Positions 11,549-15,561 of a DNA stretch of 15,561 nt are shown piece by piece. The first letter of the stretch is position 1; every line of letters begins with the position of its first letter. This DNA comes from an uncultured archaeon. Lineage in GTDB: Archaea; Asgardarchaeota; Lokiarchaeia; Sigyniarchaeales; SOKP01. The stretch spans positions 1 to 15,561 of the forward strand of contig CAZGJX010000096.1 of the NCBI GenBank assembly GCA_964525635.1. The letters run 5' to 3'. Made by a program: the position numbers and the translations under genes. The notes beneath the pieces were generated by a model. The model worked only from the letters and a program-made list of their open reading frames with translations, did no database searches and was not told the origin of the DNA.

Positions 11549-13039
11549 TTAGATTGGAGGGATTCCTTCTAAAGATTTAGGGATGTTTTTTATATTATTC
11601 CATCGTAAATCCAATTCTTTTAGTTTCTTGAGGTTTTCAATGGAATCTGGAAGCTCTGTTAGATTATTACTATTTAAATTTAGGATTTCAAGATTTTTGA
11701 GCTCTCCAATTGACTCAGGTATCTGCTGTAGATTGTTATGAGATAGATAAAGAAGCTTTAATTTCTTAAATATTCCAATATCATAAGGGATAACCTCTAA
11801 TTTGTTTTGACTAAGAGATAGCCGTTCTAAATTAGGTAAATTAAATATAGATTCAGGAAATATAGATATGTTATTTTTATCTAAATATAATATCTTTAAA
11901 GAAGTTAGACCTGAGAAATCAGGTAAGGATTCTAATTTGTTCTCATCAAGGTTCAATTTTCTCAAATTAGAGAGATTATTTAACGAATCAGGGAATTCTT
12001 TAAGATTATTATTATTTAATATAAGAACTTCAAGATTTTTAAGATCTCCTATACTTTTTGGAATTTCATTTATTTTAGTATAACCCAAGTCTAAAAATTT
12101 TAATCGATTTAATTCTCCAATAGTTTCTGGAATCATTTTAATGTTTTTAGCAGATCTAAGATTTAATACTTGAAGTGATTTACACTTACCAATCCATTCT
12201 GGAACCTCTCTGAGCCAATTATGGCTTAAATCGAGTTCTTTTAACTGAAAGTGTAAGATTTCATTAGGTATATCATAAATATTCAAATTACTCAGATCAA
12301 GCTTTTCATTATCAATAACATTTTTTAGAGCCTGAACTTTCCCTTCCCCAGATAAGCGATTATATAATTTCATCAAATGATGATCACTTAAATTCAGTTT
12401 TTTATGTCTGAGCAGTGGTCTTATATCGAAAAGATGGAGAATTATCTGCTCGTGAAGCTCAGGAGACATCAGGTCTAAAGCTTTAAAATCTAATAAAGTA
12501 ACGAGCAATTCTATCTTGTCTCTCTCGAAAAAGTCCAATAATAGCGTATTTCTTTGCTCTTGCGATAAATATTCAAGATAACTTCTAACTAAAAGACTCT
12601 TAATAACATTTATATTCCCACTAGCGAATCGTTCAGCAATTTCCTGCGGAAATCTCTTCTTAGCTTTCTCGTCGCCAACATCCACGAGCTTTCTCAGAAG
12701 AGGGAAGGCAAGATTACTGTGTAGCAGGCGGGTATCGTAATCGTGTTCTGTCCATACCTGAAGGTTTGAGCAGTGAGCCCAGAATTCAGCTTCAGGAGGT
12801 ATCTCAATGTAGCTTTTTTCAGGATATTCCAGTTCTGAGTTGAGAAGGTCCTTAGCGTCGTCTATAGAGTCAATATCATCGAATTTCTCGATTGAAGCAG
12901 TGGGAATCGACAAGAGAAGGTATTTACACTGTATAAACCTTTCATTATTTACATATATGACTGTCTCTCTATCTATAAGTTTTAAGGTGATATGCTCGTT
13001 TATTTTAAATTCCCGAAGATTCAATCGTAAATTTTCCAT
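11549..13039 (-). CDS. Leucine-rich repeat protein with an uncharacterised N-terminal domain
   Basis: About 11 LxxLxLxxNxLxxLP repeats in the C-terminal half. N-terminal FKINEHITLKL...QCKYLLL.IP...EFWAHCSNLQVW...DTRLLHSNLAFPLL module, which I recall from Lokiarchaeia LRR proteins. Confidence 0.9.
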   Translation of the reverse strand: MENLRLNLREFKINEHITLKLIDRETVIYVNNERFIQCKYLLLSIPTASIEKFDDIDSIDDAKDLLNSELEYPEKSYIEIPPEAEFWAHCSNLQVWTEHDYDTRLLHSNLAFPLLRKLVDVGDEKAKKRFPQEIAERFASGNINVIKSLLVRSYLEYLSQEQRNTLLLDFFERDKIELLVTLLDFKALDLMSPELHEQIILHLFDIRPLLRHKKLNLSDHHLMKLYNRLSGEGKVQALKNVIDNEKLDLSNLNIYDIPNEILHFQLKELDLSHNWLREVPEWIGKCKSLQVLNLRSAKNIKMIPETIGELNRLKFLDLGYTKINEIPKSIGDLKNLEVLILNNNNLKEFPDSLNNLSNLRKLNLDENKLESLPDFSGLTSLKILYLDKNNISIFPESIFNLPNLERLSLSQNKLEVIPYDIGIFKKLKLLYLSHNNLQQIPESIGELKNLEILNLNSNNLTELPDSIENLKKLKELDLRWNNIKNIPKSLEGIPPI

Positions 13040-13092
13040 TTTCTATACCATGTAAAATATAATCAATCTATCTATTTAAATTATAGCAGAGC

Positions 13093-13139
13093 GCCTAATT
13101 TCTAATATATAAACAGAGACCACCATGTATTTACAAATT
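13093..13139 (+). repeat. Degenerate direct repeat, copy 2 (overlaps the 3' end of the 179-aa ORF)
   Basis: GCCTAATTTCTAA (13093-13105) and CCATGTATTTACAAATT (13123-13139), with AAACAG.GA shared in the spacer region. Confidence 0.75.
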
Positions 13140-13641
13140 CCTCTAATACAGGAATAATATATTGAGTGTTGGTAGAGAATTCGCGATAAGCGATCTGCTT
13201 TCTCTGAAGAGCTGCTAAGCTATCTATAATTTCATTGACAAAGTCTACATAAGTATCTATTGACGAGAGGCTACTTGGAGGAGGCTTATTCCCTGTCCTT
13301 ACTAGCTCAGTAATCTTAAAAACACCCCCAAAATAGGACATAAAAGTTATAATTTTATCCATTGCCAATACATATTGATTGCTAGCGTCAAAGACTTTTT
13401 TATCTCCAGGAACTACAGCGAAAGAATATCCTCGTAAGAACATGCTCAATATTAAACTAATATCAAAATTATCTATTTGATTGTTCTTAGAATTGATTTG
13501 TTCTTTGGTGATTTGAAATGCTAAATGGTCTCCTGCATTATGATGACTATTCCACTTAAAATCAAGCAAAGCCCATCCAGAATCAGATTTTAAATATTGA
13601 TATTTTTCTATATTAGTAAATTGTCCAATAATATCCTCCAA
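13102..13641 (-). CDS. Hypothetical protein; possibly the C-terminal part of the upstream ORF
   Basis: 179-aa ORF with TTG start, in frame with 13657..15426; no motif recognised. Confidence 0.6.
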   Translation of the reverse strand: MEDIIGQFTNIEKYQYLKSDSGWALLDFKWNSHHNAGDHLAFQITKEQINSKNNQIDNFDISLILSMFLRGYSFAVVPGDKKVFDASNQYVLAMDKIITFMSYFGGVFKITELVRTGNKPPPSSLSSIDTYVDFVNEIIDSLAALQRKQIAYREFSTNTQYIIPVLEEFVNTWWSLFIY

Positions 13642-13656
13642 GTTGCTATCTAATTT

Positions 13657-15426
13657 TTAACCAAATCCATTTTGAAAGCTCCTAAAAGGAACTAAGTAAA
13701 CAGAACCTTGATCCTTGGCAACTTTTACCAATAACTCTTGCCAACTCTTAATAAAAGAAATAAGCTCGTCTTTTTGATAAGGTAAAAGGACTTCATTTTT
13801 ATATAATTGGGTAGCTTCAGTTTTAGCAGTTAGCTTAATAAAACTGGATAAATATTGAGAGACACCATATAAAGGGCTTCCCTCATGCTTAAAATGATCC
13901 CCTGTTAGATGGATTACAGACATAAATCTTATATTTTCGCTATCTGTTCCCTTACTAAAATCAAGGATGGCACCTTGCTTATAAAGTAGAGCCTCCTTAA
14001 TTTGTCTCCTCTCCCTATATTTTAATGTTGCCTGAGTTAGCAGCCAAGCAAGACGCTCTTGCACTCTACCGAAATAATATTTTTTCTCATTATCATCCAG
14101 GTCTCTTCCCACTTGGCTGTCCCATATATCCATCAATTTATCCAACAATATAACCATTGCTGTACGATAATCATCACCAATCGAAGCATCTGATTCCCAA
14201 TTCTGATATTGAGATGAGATTATATTAATAAGATATAGTGAATATTCATCTCGCGTAATAGGAATAAAATCCCTATTCTCCTCCTCGCTCTTCTTCTCTA
14301 ATTCGTTATTTATTTCTATAAGTGATGGATTGGAAGAATCCCAAGAATTATAATCTAACATATTCATGGCATCAATATATTTTGTCTCCCCTGAAATTTC
14401 TATTCTTATTTTAACGCCTTGAACTGAGGAACCTAAAAGGTAGGTCTCATAATCGTTGGTGTAAGCGGGATTTTCCTTTATAAAATGATACCTCTCAAAA
14501 CCTTTTAAGATTAAATGATTTTTCAATACATTTCGAGCTAGTGTCCTTCTTGGAATCGCGAGAGGAATGAGCACACCCTCCTTAAACATTGCGCTTCCTT
14601 CGAGCATTTTCAAATAAGTAATTCTTCCAAAAATAGCTACAACAAGTTCATGCAGCTTCTGAGCTTTTCCAAGAATCTCATCTGTCCATTCATTATTGAA
14701 AGGATTTTGCTCATCAAAATTAAAATCGGCAATTAGATCATCCATCTCTGTAAAATCAGCTTGGGACCTAAATGCATTAACATCATATCGATATTTTTTC
14801 AAGGTTTCCCATATAAGCGAAGTCCAATCTTTAATATCCTGACGTTCATTAAACCAAAGATTCTCAATCGTCCGCTCTCCCTCAAAATAGTTGAAAAAGA
14901 GATTATTTGAAAGAGTAATATAATTTATTAAATATGTCTCAGGATCAGAGTTAAAAGCCACAGTTCTTAAAATATATTCTAGTCGATTTTCAACTTTGTT
15001 CTTCTCTATATCATTCCAATAATTAAAATCTTGCTCTCTGATTGCAGCTGCTTCATTATTCTGCAAAGTAGAAGTATAATGATTTACATAATCAAATATT
15101 TTATTTCGGTATTCAATTGATTCGGAGTTACTATGAGCGGCTCTTCCAATATATTTATTAACATATTCCACCACAGAATCAATTTTCTTGGGAAGATTTC
15201 TATATTTTTCAAATAACCAAGGGCGATAATCAACTTCCTGACCATACTGTAAATACATTGAAGTCAACTCGAATTCAAGGGAGATTGCATTATGAGTATC
15301 TCCAAATCCACCATGTAAAAATAGAGTAGGTTTGATTCCAACTTTATTTCCGTCTTTATAGGCACAATTCCATAAATCATTATCGTTAAACCAATATAGT
15401 CCTCTATCTTCAAGGATCTCTGGCAT
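13657..15426 (-). CDS. Hypothetical protein (589 aa)
   Basis: Long open frame in AT-rich DNA; no motif recognised. Confidence 0.7.
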   Translation of the reverse strand: MPEILEDRGLYWFNDNDLWNCAYKDGNKVGIKPTLFLHGGFGDTHNAISLEFELTSMYLQYGQEVDYRPWLFEKYRNLPKKIDSVVEYVNKYIGRAAHSNSESIEYRNKIFDYVNHYTSTLQNNEAAAIREQDFNYWNDIEKNKVENRLEYILRTVAFNSDPETYLINYITLSNNLFFNYFEGERTIENLWFNERQDIKDWTSLIWETLKKYRYDVNAFRSQADFTEMDDLIADFNFDEQNPFNNEWTDEILGKAQKLHELVVAIFGRITYLKMLEGSAMFKEGVLIPLAIPRRTLARNVLKNHLILKGFERYHFIKENPAYTNDYETYLLGSSVQGVKIRIEISGETKYIDAMNMLDYNSWDSSNPSLIEINNELEKKSEEENRDFIPITRDEYSLYLINIISSQYQNWESDASIGDDYRTAMVILLDKLMDIWDSQVGRDLDDNEKKYYFGRVQERLAWLLTQATLKYRERRQIKEALLYKQGAILDFSKGTDSENIRFMSVIHLTGDHFKHEGSPLYGVSQYLSSFIKLTAKTEATQLYKNEVLLPYQKDELISFIKSWQELLVKVAKDQGSVYLVPFRSFQNGFG

Positions 15427-15430
15427 TCTT

Positions 15431-15464
15431 TTTAAGAGGATGCTATAAAAAGAATCCTCTTAAA
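15431..15464. repeat. Perfect 11-bp inverted repeat with a 12-nt spacer
   Basis: TTTAAGAGGAT (15431-15441) ... ATCCTCTTAAA (15454-15464), between divergent genes. Confidence 0.8.
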
Positions 15465-15501
15465 GCATTAGGATTCATATAATAAGGAGGGATTAAAAAT
15501 A

Positions 15502-15561
15502 ATGACAAAATCAATTTATGAACGAATTTACCAAAAGCTCTCACAGTTAATTAATTTCAAG
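15502..15561 (+). CDS. 5' start of a gene running off the window (MTKSIYERIYQKLSQLINFK...)
   Basis: Strong AAGGAGG at 15484-15490, ATG at 15502, frame open to the window end. Confidence 0.6.
   Translation, partial: MTKSIYERIYQKLSQLINFK

Noticed and set aside
11868-13055. Two 71-aa plus-strand ORFs (11868..12083 and 12840..13055)
   Set aside because: Antisense shadows of the LRR gene.
11385-13139. The repeat pair as a DGR template/variable repeat or a CRISPR array
   Set aside because: Only two short copies, differences include indels rather than adenine-specific substitutions, and no reverse transcriptase or cas gene is in the window.

Overview
Very AT-rich archaeal window whose gene content points to an Asgard archaeon, probably Lokiarchaeia/Promethearchaeota (inference from tandem Rab-like GTPases, a DENN/longin-like protein, CDC48 and PSTK). 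Bases 1-11003 look like core chromosome: a partial membrane protein, a hypothetical membrane protein, cupin, two Rab-like GTPases, an Fcf1-like PIN protein, CDC48, PSTK, GIY-YIG, a DENN-like/wHTH protein, a NosD/beta-helix surface protein and acylphosphatase. From about 11100 the sequence looks accessory: a possible decayed UvrD fragment, an LRR gene bracketed by degenerate direct repeats, two in-frame orphan ORFs and an inverted repeat. The main signal is apparent dual use of TGA. The surface protein reads as one frame from 8363 to 10534, interrupted only by two in-frame TGA codons. A third candidate internal TGA lies at 234. All three are followed by G, whereas the two apparently terminal TGAs are followed by TTT. 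PSTK suggests UGA-decoding (selenocysteine) machinery in the host, but the sites look more like Trp positions, so context-dependent UGA readthrough is a candidate. Pseudogenisation and sequencing error are not excluded.
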